Shown here: piece by piece, positions 48,976 through 57,030 of the stretch | How the letters are laid out: each line of letters opens with the position of its first letter | Numbering within the stretch: position 1 is the first letter of the stretch | NCBI GenBank assembly: GCA_944392265.1 | Contig: CALXWC010000004.1 | Location: 3,983-67,982, forward strand | From: an uncultured Alphaproteobacteria bacterium | GTDB taxonomy: Bacteria > Pseudomonadota > Alphaproteobacteria > RF32 > CAG-239 | Length of the DNA stretch: 64,000 bases | Direction of reading: 5' to 3' | Notes under the pieces: generated by a model | Seen by the model: the letters and a program-made list of their open reading frames with translations, nothing else | Told to the model about the DNA's origin: nothing | Database searches by the model: none | Program-made: the position numbers and the translations under genes

Positions 48976-49461
48976 TTATTTTACGCTAGCAAATCTTTCG
49001 AACCCTTCCTTAAACTGCGCTAAAGTTCCGTTTACTTGAGAGAACTTATAAAACGCAATGTTTAACAATTCTTCTACCGAGATTGTCATATCCCGCAGCT
49101 CTTGGGCTCTTTTTTTGAACGCTTTGCGCTTTTTGTTGTGACTAAATAAGAATTCTTTTAAGCTCATGTTTTGGAAATAGGCATTTATTTCCTTAAGTTC
49201 TGCATGCTCTTTGTGAAACTGTTGCACTCTTTCTTCCGCAGCCTTAAGATCTGGCTTAAAACCGGACAGAAATTGTCTTATTTCATCACAAATATACTTG
49301 CGTGCCGCAATAAATGATACCTCACTTATTGATATTTCTAATCCGGGGTGCCACTCGTTTACTATCATGGCACTAAATAGCAAATTAAAGATACCTTTTA
49401 AGTCATGCCCGTTTTCTTTAAACAAGCTTGATGCGTCAGATATTCTGATTTCCATAATCAA
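48976..49461 (-). CDS. hypothetical protein
   Basis: 161-aa ORF with no recognised motif. Confidence 0.4.
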   Translation of the reverse strand: MIMEIRISDASSLFKENGHDLKGIFNLLFSAMIVNEWHPGLEISISEVSFIAARKYICDEIRQFLSGFKPDLKAAEERVQQFHKEHAELKEINAYFQNMSLKEFLFSHNKKRKAFKKRAQELRDMTISVEELLNIAFYKFSQVNGTLAQFKEGFERFASVK

Positions 49462-49542
49462 AAAATTTTATGGGGTTAATAATTGTATTAAAAATCTCTT
49501 TTATGGTCTTCTTTTAGCATTGTTTTAGACAAAAATCAAGCT

Positions 49543-50673
49543 TTATTTGTCTGAAATATGTACTATCAGTGGAATAATCATCTCTTTTTTAGTCAAACCG
49601 GCATGGTGCGCCTTAAACTCAATAGAATCAACTCCTCCTTCTGTTTGATACTGCAAAATTCTGTCCTCAGTAGCCAAAGCCATATAATCTCCCAAAAACT
49701 CTCTGAATTTGGGATGCATCATTCCCTCCCCGGCATAACCTTGTTTGATGTATTCTTCAGATGTGAGCAAGATAAAATCTTTACCGAATCTTTTTTGAAA
49801 CTCTTTTTCAAAAACTTGCTTTTTGTCTTCTTTTATATAAAAAGCCACAGCTCTTGGTTCAATGGCCGGAGGTAAGCGCAAACAATCATTAATCTCTTTA
49901 ATCTTTTCTAACCTGACATCTTCTGAAACATCAATCAAACCATGGTCTGCAGTCACAATCAGCAAGGCATTTTTTAATTGTTTGGTTAGTTCTTCTACAT
50001 GCCTATCCAAGGATTTTATTTTGGTTTTAGTCTTATCGCTATAACATCCCGTATGATGCATTACGGAATCTGGTTCTTTATAATATGCCAGTATAAACTT
50101 TTTTTCTTTTTCTTTTGCAAGCTCGGCAATCTTATTGCAGATTTCGTTCATCTTATCTACTTTGTATCCGCCAAAAAAGCGCGCTACACCATATGCTTTG
50201 TATTTGCCCTGCTCATTTATTTGTTCAAAAAGCTTTTTATGAGGCAAAAACTCTTGTCCGACATTGAGTTTTAGGTTTTTGCCGCTATAAAAATCTCGAT
50301 TCAAAAAAAGCTCAATATTCGTATCATATTCTTTAAAATAACATTGCCACCCTGCCCAACCATGTTCTTGCGGCGTTAATCCGGTGTAAATGCTGGTGGT
50401 GGCGGCCGTTGTTGTCGGCGGAAAGACAGAGGAAATTTTTTCAACCATATGCTTTCTTAAAAAGCTTTTTTCTGAAAGATTATGCTCAAGCATATCTACG
50501 CCCATGCCGTCTAATACCAAAAGGACAACCGTTTGATAATCTTGTTGCAAAAAGCTGTCTAACGCACTCAAACTTGAATGGTGTGTCGGGCATTCAAAAT
50601 ATTGCAGAATTGAGTTTGATAAATTAACCAAACTGTTTTTATAATCAGGCTTGCAAACTTTGTTCATATTCAC
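49543..50673 (-). CDS. alkaline-phosphatase-superfamily protein (nucleotide pyrophosphatase/phosphodiesterase-like)
   Basis: 376 aa. Metal-site motifs VVLLVLDGMG, PPTTTAATTS and LLIVTADHG. Confidence 0.6.
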   Translation of the reverse strand: MNMNKVCKPDYKNSLVNLSNSILQYFECPTHHSSLSALDSFLQQDYQTVVLLVLDGMGVDMLEHNLSEKSFLRKHMVEKISSVFPPTTTAATTSIYTGLTPQEHGWAGWQCYFKEYDTNIELFLNRDFYSGKNLKLNVGQEFLPHKKLFEQINEQGKYKAYGVARFFGGYKVDKMNEICNKIAELAKEKEKKFILAYYKEPDSVMHHTGCYSDKTKTKIKSLDRHVEELTKQLKNALLIVTADHGLIDVSEDVRLEKIKEINDCLRLPPAIEPRAVAFYIKEDKKQVFEKEFQKRFGKDFILLTSEEYIKQGYAGEGMMHPKFREFLGDYMALATEDRILQYQTEGGVDSIEFKAHHAGLTKKEMIIPLIVHISDK

Positions 50674-51220
50674 TTCTCAATTTTGAAAATGTGTTTATAT
50701 CCTTATATCTTTGCTCTGCTTGGCTCCACAAAGCTTGTCTTTGTATGCCTTCCAAGACGTAACCTAATTTTTGTGCCACATTGGCAGATTTTTTATTTAA
50801 GACATCTGTATGTATAACAATGCGATTAAAACCTAAGCCAAAGAACTCTTTTTCTATGAGTTTTACTGCTTCTTGCATATATCCGTTGCCAGCATATGAA
50901 CTTGAAATCCAATAACCGATTTCCAAGCATTTATCTTTTTCTTTAACGTTAAGTGCAGAAATCATACCCATAAACTTTTTATTTTGATTCAAAATTAAAT
51001 AATTAAAACCGATGCCTTTTTTCCACTCTTCTTCGCAGCCTAACAAATATTCATAACTATCTTCAGCACGATGAGTTTTTGTTGCCCAACTTAGCCACGG
51101 AGATAATTCAGGCAGACTTTTTTTCATTTCTTCATCATGCTTGCGCGCTTGCTCAATGCTTTTTATGGCTCTTTGCAGAATAATTCTGCTTCCTTTTATT
51201 GTTTCTTGCGGAAGTATCAT
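50645..51220 (-). CDS. GNAT N-acetyltransferase (RimJ/RimL-like)
   Basis: 191 aa. EIGYWISSSYAGNGYMQEAV acetyl-CoA-binding core. Confidence 0.65.
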   Translation of the reverse strand: MILPQETIKGSRIILQRAIKSIEQARKHDEEMKKSLPELSPWLSWATKTHRAEDSYEYLLGCEEEWKKGIGFNYLILNQNKKFMGMISALNVKEKDKCLEIGYWISSSYAGNGYMQEAVKLIEKEFFGLGFNRIVIHTDVLNKKSANVAQKLGYVLEGIQRQALWSQAEQRYKDINTFSKLRSEYEQSLQA

Positions 51221-51300
51221 TTTTTTCTCCTAACTACGCAATCTAGAGTAGATTTTTTATTTTTATATGGCAATATATTTTTATATTTCGGAGAAAAATC

Positions 51301-51846
51301 ATGCTAAAACTTGTATTACCAAACCCAAAATATTTAGATTCCGTTAAAAATGCCATTGCGGAATATAAGGCTCAACCATCTTTATTTGATATTCATTGCA
51401 TAACAAAAATGATTGAGGCTGAAAAAGATGATTTTAAAAATTATTTTCATGAAGTTGAAAATAAAAGACAAGGTATTGATTTGCCTGAAGGACATGTTCC
51501 TAACACAACTCTTTGGTTAATTGATGATGAACAATATATCGGCTCTTTTGATATTCGTCATGAGCTTAATGATTATCTTTTGTTAAACGGTGGGCATATA
51601 GCTTATCAGATTATTCCGTCTGCTCGTCGTAAAGGCTATGTTAAAGCAGGATTAAAATTAACACTGGCTTTTGCTCAAGAAAATTTGCATATAAACAAAG
51701 CCTTACTTACTTGTCATTTTGAAAATGAGGCTTCTTATCGAGCTATGATATCTGTGATGCAAGAATGGGGCGGAGAAGAAATATCTCCTTCTTTGATTGA
51801 TAATCATCAAGAACATCGGGTGTGGATTAATACGCAACCAAAATAA
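51301..51846 (+). CDS. GNAT-family acetyltransferase
   Basis: 181 aa. IGSFDIRHELNDYLL..GGHIAYQIIPSARRKGY core. Confidence 0.6.
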   Translation: MLKLVLPNPKYLDSVKNAIAEYKAQPSLFDIHCITKMIEAEKDDFKNYFHEVENKRQGIDLPEGHVPNTTLWLIDDEQYIGSFDIRHELNDYLLLNGGHIAYQIIPSARRKGYVKAGLKLTLAFAQENLHINKALLTCHFENEASYRAMISVMQEWGGEEISPSLIDNHQEHRVWINTQPK

Positions 51847-51895
51847 AAAAAGCTTGCTTTTATTTTTGAAGCGTTCTATATAATATTTCGTTATT

Positions 51896-51954
51896 CAGGA
51901 CATAGTTCAGCCTGACGGAAACGTCCGCGGCGCGTAGAGCGCTTGCATGGGGTG
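51896..51954 (+). pseudogene. tRNA-Pro 5'-half fragment with a ~20-nt GC-rich insertion in the D-loop
   Basis: caggacatagttcagcctg[acggaaacgtccgcggcgcg]tagagcgcttgcatggggtg matches the intact tRNA-Pro through the anticodon loop. Similarity then stops. Confidence 0.5.
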
Positions 51955-51979
51955 ACTATTTTAACGAATAATAAAAATA

Positions 51980-52056
51980 CGGGACGTAGTTCAGCCTGGT
52001 AGAGCGCTTGCATGGGGTGCAAGAAGTCGGAGGTTCGAATCCTCTCGTCCCGACCA
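51980..52056 (+). tRNA. tRNA-Pro (anticodon GGG), CCA encoded
   Basis: Acceptor cgggacg/cgtcccg. D-arm gttc..gagc. Anticodon arm cttgc-atGGGgt-gcaag. T-arm ggagg-ttcgaat-cctct. Ends ACCA. Confidence 0.9.
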
Positions 52057-52108
52057 GATATAAAAAAACCTGCTGAAAAGCAGGTTTTTTTATATCTGCT
52101 TGGCGGGC
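52051..52108 (+). repeat. 58-nt direct repeat, copy 1 (tRNA 3' tip, terminator, and ttggcgggc)
   Basis: cgaccagatataaaaaaacctgctgaaaagcaggtttttttatatctgcttggcgggc. Copy 2 differs at 3 positions. Confidence 0.85.
52062..52092. terminator. rho-independent terminator after tRNA-Pro (bidirectional appearance)
   Basis: Stem acctgct/agcaggt with loop gaaa, flanked by A and T runs. Confidence 0.7.
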
Positions 52109-52130
52109 GCAGGATTTGAAACTCCGAAAA

Positions 52131-52243
52131 GGAGGTTCGACTACCAGCAATAGGCGAGACGCTGGTATCGCCGGTTTTGTCTTAGGCAAAAATTGCGCCT
52201 GTGCGGCGGAGTGAAACGACGCCAATCCTCTTCAATCCGACCA
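52131..52243 (+). pseudogene. tRNA 3'-part fragment whose T-loop is split by an ~83-nt GC-rich insert
   Basis: ggaggttcga (52131-52140) and aatcctct (52224-52231) together recreate the exact T-arm of tRNA-Pro. They are followed by tcaatccg-a-cca. The insert at 52141-52223 contains stems taccagc/gctggta and cgccg/cggcg. Confidence 0.35.
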
Positions 52244-52295
52244 GATATAAAAAAACCTGCTAAAAAGCAGGTTTTTTTGTATCTGTTTGGCGGGC
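52238..52295 (+). repeat. 58-nt direct repeat, copy 2
   Basis: cgaccagatataaaaaaacctgctaaaaagcaggtttttttgtatctgtttggcgggc. Contains a second terminator hairpin at 52249-52279. Confidence 0.85.
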
Positions 52296-52374
52296 CAAAT
52301 TAGCTGTTGTCATAGACCTTTTTTTATGCTATATTCTGAGCATCATAAAAAATTATTAATTAAAAAAAATAAGT

Positions 52375-52752
52375 ATGGAAAAGAAAAAAATTATTCTCAA
52401 TGTGCTCATTATCATTATGAGCCTTGTGAGTGCGGTATTAACAATTAAATTTGCACTCGGGATTGTAAATCAGATGATATCTTCTGGTTTAGGTATTATC
52501 CAAAATCCAATGTCATTGTTACTATGTCTTCTTGTTGGAGGTGCGGTTACGCTTTTTTTATTAGCAATAATAAAAAAAGTATTTGTAAGGATAGCAGCAT
52601 ACTATATAGGAATACTGCTCAGTGGAGCATGTTTCTATTATGCATATGGAGCGTTTACCCTCAATATTGGGATAGAATATACGCTGACATATGCTATGCT
52701 TGGTGCTATATTATTTGCAACGACTGTCATCATTGCAAAAGTATTTAAATAA
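52375..52752 (+). CDS. small polytopic membrane protein
   Basis: 125 aa with about 4 hydrophobic helices. No SD. Confidence 0.5.
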   Translation: MEKKKIILNVLIIIMSLVSAVLTIKFALGIVNQMISSGLGIIQNPMSLLLCLLVGGAVTLFLLAIIKKVFVRIAAYYIGILLSGACFYYAYGAFTLNIGIEYTLTYAMLGAILFATTVIIAKVFK

Positions 52753-52799
52753 ATAAAAAGAGACACTATTAATACGGTGTCTCTTTTTATTTATTTAGA

Positions 52800-53069
52800 T
52801 TATTGTACCAATAATACAATAAATTGTCTATCTGAAAGGGTATCAGGCTCATAAATATACCCTCTTCTACCATCTTTCAAAATTCCCCATCTTCCGGGAA
52901 TGGCAGTGCAGATTTCTAAAACAACTTGTCCATCAAGTTTCCATTGCGCTACGACCATTTTTCTGCCGTTGATGGTTGAACTTGACTTTGAAAAGCCAAA
53001 GCGCTTCCCGGTTGTTTTAACCTTAAAGGTCTTACTTTCAGTTAATCTTTCTAAAAAAATTCTTTCCAT
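52800..53069 (-). CDS. hypothetical protein
   Basis: ORF to 53075 (TTG). The first ATG is at 53069 (MERIFLERL...). No recognised motif. Confidence 0.35.
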   Translation of the reverse strand: MERIFLERLTESKTFKVKTTGKRFGFSKSSSTINGRKMVVAQWKLDGQVVLEICTAIPGRWGILKDGRRGYIYEPDTLSDRQFIVLLVQ

Positions 53070-53125
53070 AAACAAAAAAATTAACGGGTTATAATAATCA
53101 ATTAACGCAGCTTTAAGTTAGCATA

Positions 53126-53184
53126 ATTTTTTAGATATTCAACACTCAAGTTACAAAAAAAGGTTCGGTCAAAAAACCGAACCT
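53126..53184. repeat. terminator module, copy 1
   Basis: attttttagatattcaacactcaagttacaaaaaaaggttcggtcaaaaaaccgaacct is nearly identical to 53934-53992. It includes the terminator stem aggttcggt/accgaacct. Confidence 0.8.
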
Positions 53185-53198
53185 ATAAATTTTTTGTT

Positions 53199-53735
53199 TT
53201 AATCTTCTCGGCCAAGAGCCAGATAGCCCAAGCCAAAGAAGAAATACAGAACTGACAAAATTGCCAAGATTTGCATTACCGGAGCCAAAGCGGCTAGAAC
53301 CGGGAAAATTACAGATAGCCACCCGCAACATGCCAAGCCGAGTATGGCTATCATTGCTTTTGCGGCATGAGGCTTCTTTTCATCTTGGATTATGAAGAAA
53401 AAGAAAGCACTCCATAGGAATTCTCCTACGGCAACGAATGTCGGTAGATCATTTCCTTTTAATGCCGCAACTCCAGTTGCTATGGTAATAAAAATACCTG
53501 ACATACCGCCTAGAGAAAAAATACTCTCGAAGATATCTTTAACTTTCTTTGGCTTACAATATACTTTTTTTGCAAACCAGAAGACGGCCAATGTGACAAC
53601 TGTGGAAAGAGCGTGTTTCCAGTATGCCATATTGGCATAATTTTCATACCACCCCCAAGAAATCAAGGCGAGGTTCAAAACAATTACTGAAAAGAAAGCC
53701 ACTCTGTAGCTTCTGTTTAATTTTTTAGTTTCCAT
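53199..53735 (-). CDS. 4-TM membrane protein, cassette variant A
   Basis: 178 aa. Same topology and a shared central motif (GEFLWSAFFFFIIQDEKKP versus GELLTATLCWLVSEKEKTP) with the 188-aa neighbour. Otherwise diverged. Confidence 0.6.
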   Translation of the reverse strand: METKKLNRSYRVAFFSVIVLNLALISWGWYENYANMAYWKHALSTVVTLAVFWFAKKVYCKPKKVKDIFESIFSLGGMSGIFITIATGVAALKGNDLPTFVAVGEFLWSAFFFFIIQDEKKPHAAKAMIAILGLACCGWLSVIFPVLAALAPVMQILAILSVLYFFFGLGYLALGRED

Positions 53736-53758
53736 AATTTTTTTTGTTTTTTAATGAT

Positions 53759-53924
53759 TAATTTAACAATAATTTTTTGGTAAGCTTATACATATCACTT
53801 TTTGTCTAATACGTCAACAATAAAAATCACAATTCTTTACTTTTTAATGATTTAAATAAATTTATGTCTTTTATTTTGCTTTTTTCTATCTCGTTTTCAA
53901 TCTGCATTTGAGCTCTGAGAAAGG
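53759..53924. repeat. promoter/leader module plus peptidase 3'-end relic, copy 1
   Basis: About 166 nt that align along their whole length with 54581-54750, with scattered substitutions. Confidence 0.8.
53828..53924 (-). pseudogene. relic of the 3' end of the S41 peptidase gene
   Basis: Minus-strand translation SFLRAQMQIENEIEKSKIKDINLFKSLKSKEL* compares with the genuine C-terminus AFLKAQMQIEKEMEKSKIKDINLFKSLKNKEL*. No upstream coding continuation. Confidence 0.6.
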
Positions 53925-53933
53925 AATTGATAT

Positions 53934-53992
53934 ATTTTTTAGATATTCAATGCACAAGTTACAAAAAAAAGGTTCGGTAAAAAACCGAACCT
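53934..53992. repeat. terminator module, copy 2
   Basis: See copy 1. Terminator stem at 53970-53992, preceded by a plus-strand A-run. Confidence 0.8.
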
Positions 53993-54007
53993 TTGATGTT
54001 TTATTTT

Positions 54008-54574
54008 TTATCGGAAAAGTTTTCTTCGGCATTTCCATAAGGAATGCACAATAACAGGAAGAAAACTTCCGGCAGCGACAGAAAAAGCGCTGCGAACCTC
54101 AGGAAAGGCAACATACAACCATAGCAGTAAAAGTACCATGTTCAACAATATGCCTACCCATACGGGAGGTGTTTTTTCTTTTTCAGACACCAACCAACAA
54201 AGTGTCGCTGTCAATAGTTCTCCTGCTGCCCAGAATTCCATTGTTTCCGTTGTTAAGAATTTGTCTTCATCATTTATAAATGATAATAACAAAACCACAA
54301 TAAAAACAAATATTGCCGAAATAGCAGCATATACACATGAATTATGTGCAATTTCTTTTACATTGTCACCATATTTTCCAAGCAAAATACCGAAAGCTAT
54401 GATGGCTACGGCAACAACAGCCAGAACAATGCGTTGCCATACCGTTGGAGAAGAAAAAAATTCATCCCCTAGCATGACCAAATTTAATGTAGCGACTAAA
54501 GTCAGCATTAAAATTCGAACAATGTAATTTTTCTCAATAGAAATTTTAATAGTCTTTTCCATTTCCATTTTCAT
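54008..54574 (-). CDS. 4-TM membrane protein, cassette variant B
   Basis: 188-aa ORF with four hydrophobic helices. SD-less A-rich leader. Confidence 0.6.
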   Translation of the reverse strand: MKMEMEKTIKISIEKNYIVRILMLTLVATLNLVMLGDEFFSSPTVWQRIVLAVVAVAIIAFGILLGKYGDNVKEIAHNSCVYAAISAIFVFIVVLLLSFINDEDKFLTTETMEFWAAGELLTATLCWLVSEKEKTPPVWVGILLNMVLLLLWLYVAFPEVRSAFSVAAGSFLPVIVHSLWKCRRKLFR

Positions 54575-54580
54575 TTTTTT

Positions 54581-54750
54581 TAATTTAACAATAATTTTTT
54601 GGTAAGTTTATACATATCACTTTTTGTCTAATGCGTCAACAATAAAAAAAATTACAATTCTTTATTTTTTAATGATTTAAATAGATTTATGTCTTTTATT
54701 TTGCTTTTTTCCATCTCTTTTTCAATCTGCATTTGAGCTTTGAGAAAGGC
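54581..54750. repeat. promoter/leader module plus genuine peptidase 3' end, copy 2
   Basis: See copy 1. On the minus sense it contains TTGACG, a 17-nt spacer, and an extended -10 TGATATGTA. Confidence 0.8.
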
Positions 54751-55740
54751 ATTGGATGAAGCATCGCTAATATCTGCCGGTATTCCTTCTTTTTCTTGTA
54801 ACGGCATGCCGTTTTTGTTTCTGGCGCAATAATATGTTCCAATCTTTAACACGCCACTCTCAAATGGTAGTCTGATGGGAGCAGAACCGGCAAAACAACC
54901 TGATGTTTGTTCTCCGATACTCAAACTATGAGGAAGTTGAGAAAGCAACCACACCGCTCCTTCAGAGGCCGAAGCACACCATGCATCTTGCAACACATAA
55001 ATTCCGCCACTGAAATTATCTTTAGGGTTTGCTTTATAATGCACATCATCAGGACCAATGACTTGCTTTTTCTTATCTAAAATATCTGCTTGTTTTTGAT
55101 TAATCGGTTGAATATCTATTGGCTCATACACATCTGCGTATGATAATTCTTTTCCTCCTATTCGTTCTCCTATTTCTTTGATAACATCGGCATCTCCGCC
55201 TTGATTGCCTCTAAAGTCAAAAATAATATTTTGCCAGTTTTGCCTTTCTTTCTCGGTAAAAAAAGCTTCAACAAACTTTTGTCTGTTTTCTTTTTGCAAA
55301 TGTGTATTGCCGCCAAAAGAAGGCACGGCTACAATTCCTGTGCTTTTTCCTTTAATATTCTTACTTGCAATCATCCATTGCGCAAGACCATTTTGTATTT
55401 TGAAATGTCTTACATCTGTAATATGTAATTCTGACAATTCTTCTGTTGACTTATATGCTAGATTATATGCCTTAGAAGAATATTGAGGCTCTTCTTTTGC
55501 CACTAACTGCCTTCCCTTTTCATCATATAGTTCAATATGATTATCCGGAACTTGTTGTGCAATCAACCTACCTAAGGCTTCCATTTGCTTTTGTTGTGGC
55601 ATATCTCTATTTATTTTGGCAGCGCTTGCTAAAAATCTTCTTTTCTGCAAAGCAATTTTTTTATCATCTTTAGCTTTTTGATGATTCCATTCCGGCAAAT
55701 TATTGGCTATAAATTCGGCATATTGTGAAATATGGTCCAT
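54652..55740 (-). CDS. S41-family (C-terminal processing/tail-specific type) serine peptidase
   Basis: 362 aa. IIFDFRGNQGGD and WCASASEGAV resemble the S41 DxRxNxGG and SASE motifs. No obvious signal peptide. Confidence 0.6.
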   Translation of the reverse strand: MDHISQYAEFIANNLPEWNHQKAKDDKKIALQKRRFLASAAKINRDMPQQKQMEALGRLIAQQVPDNHIELYDEKGRQLVAKEEPQYSSKAYNLAYKSTEELSELHITDVRHFKIQNGLAQWMIASKNIKGKSTGIVAVPSFGGNTHLQKENRQKFVEAFFTEKERQNWQNIIFDFRGNQGGDADVIKEIGERIGGKELSYADVYEPIDIQPINQKQADILDKKKQVIGPDDVHYKANPKDNFSGGIYVLQDAWCASASEGAVWLLSQLPHSLSIGEQTSGCFAGSAPIRLPFESGVLKIGTYYCARNKNGMPLQEKEGIPADISDASSNAFLKAQMQIEKEMEKSKIKDINLFKSLKNKEL

Positions 55741-55843
55741 ATCATTTTCCTTTTTTTTGATATTATAGCTAAATTTTGTGTTCCGTCAAAAAAATCTTGC
55801 CAAAGCAAAAGTTTGCGTTTAACTTGCCGATAAGGAGAACATT

Positions 55844-56152
55844 ATGAAAAGATTTAATCGCCAAATTGAAGATTTTACTTGTGAACATTGTGGTACAAAA
55901 GTTCATGGCAACGGTTATACAAACCACTGCCCTAATTGTTTATGGAGCAAACATGTGGACATCAACCCAGGTGACCGCGCTGCTGATTGCGGTGGACTGA
56001 TGGAACCGATTGCCGTTGAAATGAAAAACGGCGAATACATCCTCACGCAAAAATGTACAAAATGTGGACATATACGCCGTAACAAGGTTTGTGATGAAGA
56101 TAACTTTGATGCTGTTATTGCTCTTTCAAAATCTATGATAAATAAAATTTAG
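55844..56152 (+). CDS. RNHCP-domain zinc-ribbon protein
   Basis: 102 aa. CEHCG...YTNHCPNCLWSKHVD...CGG...KCTKCGH. Confidence 0.6.
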   Translation: MKRFNRQIEDFTCEHCGTKVHGNGYTNHCPNCLWSKHVDINPGDRAADCGGLMEPIAVEMKNGEYILTQKCTKCGHIRRNKVCDEDNFDAVIALSKSMINKI

Positions 56153-56157
56153 CCTTA

Positions 56158-56988
56158 TTATTGCAACTTGTCCTTGATATACTTTAATACAATTTCTTTG
56201 CTTTCTTTGGCTTGATTTATATCCGTTATGTATTCATCCACCCAATTAAAGATGTTATCTAACAGGTTATGTCTTAAAATAAACCGATATGAAGATTTAT
56301 AATATATTTCAAAAACAAAAGCTAACAACTGCAATAATCGATCTGAAAAAGACTTGCATATTTGAAAATTTATAAGGTGATGTGCACAAAACTCTTGCCA
56401 TACAGCAGCGGAAACCGGAGCGTATTGTTCATCCTTACTCAAGTGAGCAAAGAACAAATCCTTAAAAACTCGGTTGTCATATTTTATCAAATACAGATTA
56501 GCAATTTTGTCCGCATCTTTAACCAGCTCGTAAAGCTTTTGGGTTTCTGTTTTTTCCATTCCTTCCGGCATATGTTGATATTCTTCATCTTTATCCAGAG
56601 CATCTGCTAACTCTCCATGCCTTTTTATGGGTAAAAGCAAGCGCAAATCTGAATAGCCTAAGTTTTTCAAAATCTCATAACTAAAATGACCATGATTATA
56701 ATGTTTGCTTGCATCTTGAGATAAAAGATATATTTCTTGAAATCTGCCAATATCATGAAAAAGACAAACAAGCTTGCCTAATTTTAACACTTCTTCTGAT
56801 TGGTTTTTAAAATAAGCTTCATTTTTCAAAAGATAGTTACCTGCTCCAACAACCTGCATCGAATGTTTTATTTTTTCTTTGGCAAAACTTTCAAAAAAAG
56901 CCTTACCTTTTACCTTATCCAAGCAATCATAAAAAGCACTATATAATTGATTTTGCTCTATTTTTACATCTATTTTTCTTAATTTCAT
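56158..56988 (-). CDS. HD-domain phosphohydrolase-family protein
   Basis: 276 aa. H...LFHDIGRF...DADKI metal-ligand pattern. Confidence 0.6.
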   Translation of the reverse strand: MKLRKIDVKIEQNQLYSAFYDCLDKVKGKAFFESFAKEKIKHSMQVVGAGNYLLKNEAYFKNQSEEVLKLGKLVCLFHDIGRFQEIYLLSQDASKHYNHGHFSYEILKNLGYSDLRLLLPIKRHGELADALDKDEEYQHMPEGMEKTETQKLYELVKDADKIANLYLIKYDNRVFKDLFFAHLSKDEQYAPVSAAVWQEFCAHHLINFQICKSFSDRLLQLLAFVFEIYYKSSYRFILRHNLLDNIFNWVDEYITDINQAKESKEIVLKYIKDKLQ

Positions 56989-56990
56989 TA

Positions 56991-57016
56991 TAAAAAAAGC
57001 CGCAATTTCTTGCGGC
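56991..57016 (-). terminator. rho-independent terminator after clpX
   Basis: Stem gccgcaa/ttgcggc. The minus sense is followed by a T-run (plus-strand A-run 56992-56998). Confidence 0.65.
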
Positions 57017-57030
57017 TCTCCGTTTATTTT

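Noticed and set aside
51956-52225. 89-aa minus-strand ORF
   Set aside because: It runs through the intact tRNA-Pro gene, a terminator hairpin and the tRNA-like fragment. It is an artefact of the locally GC-richer RNA-like sequence.
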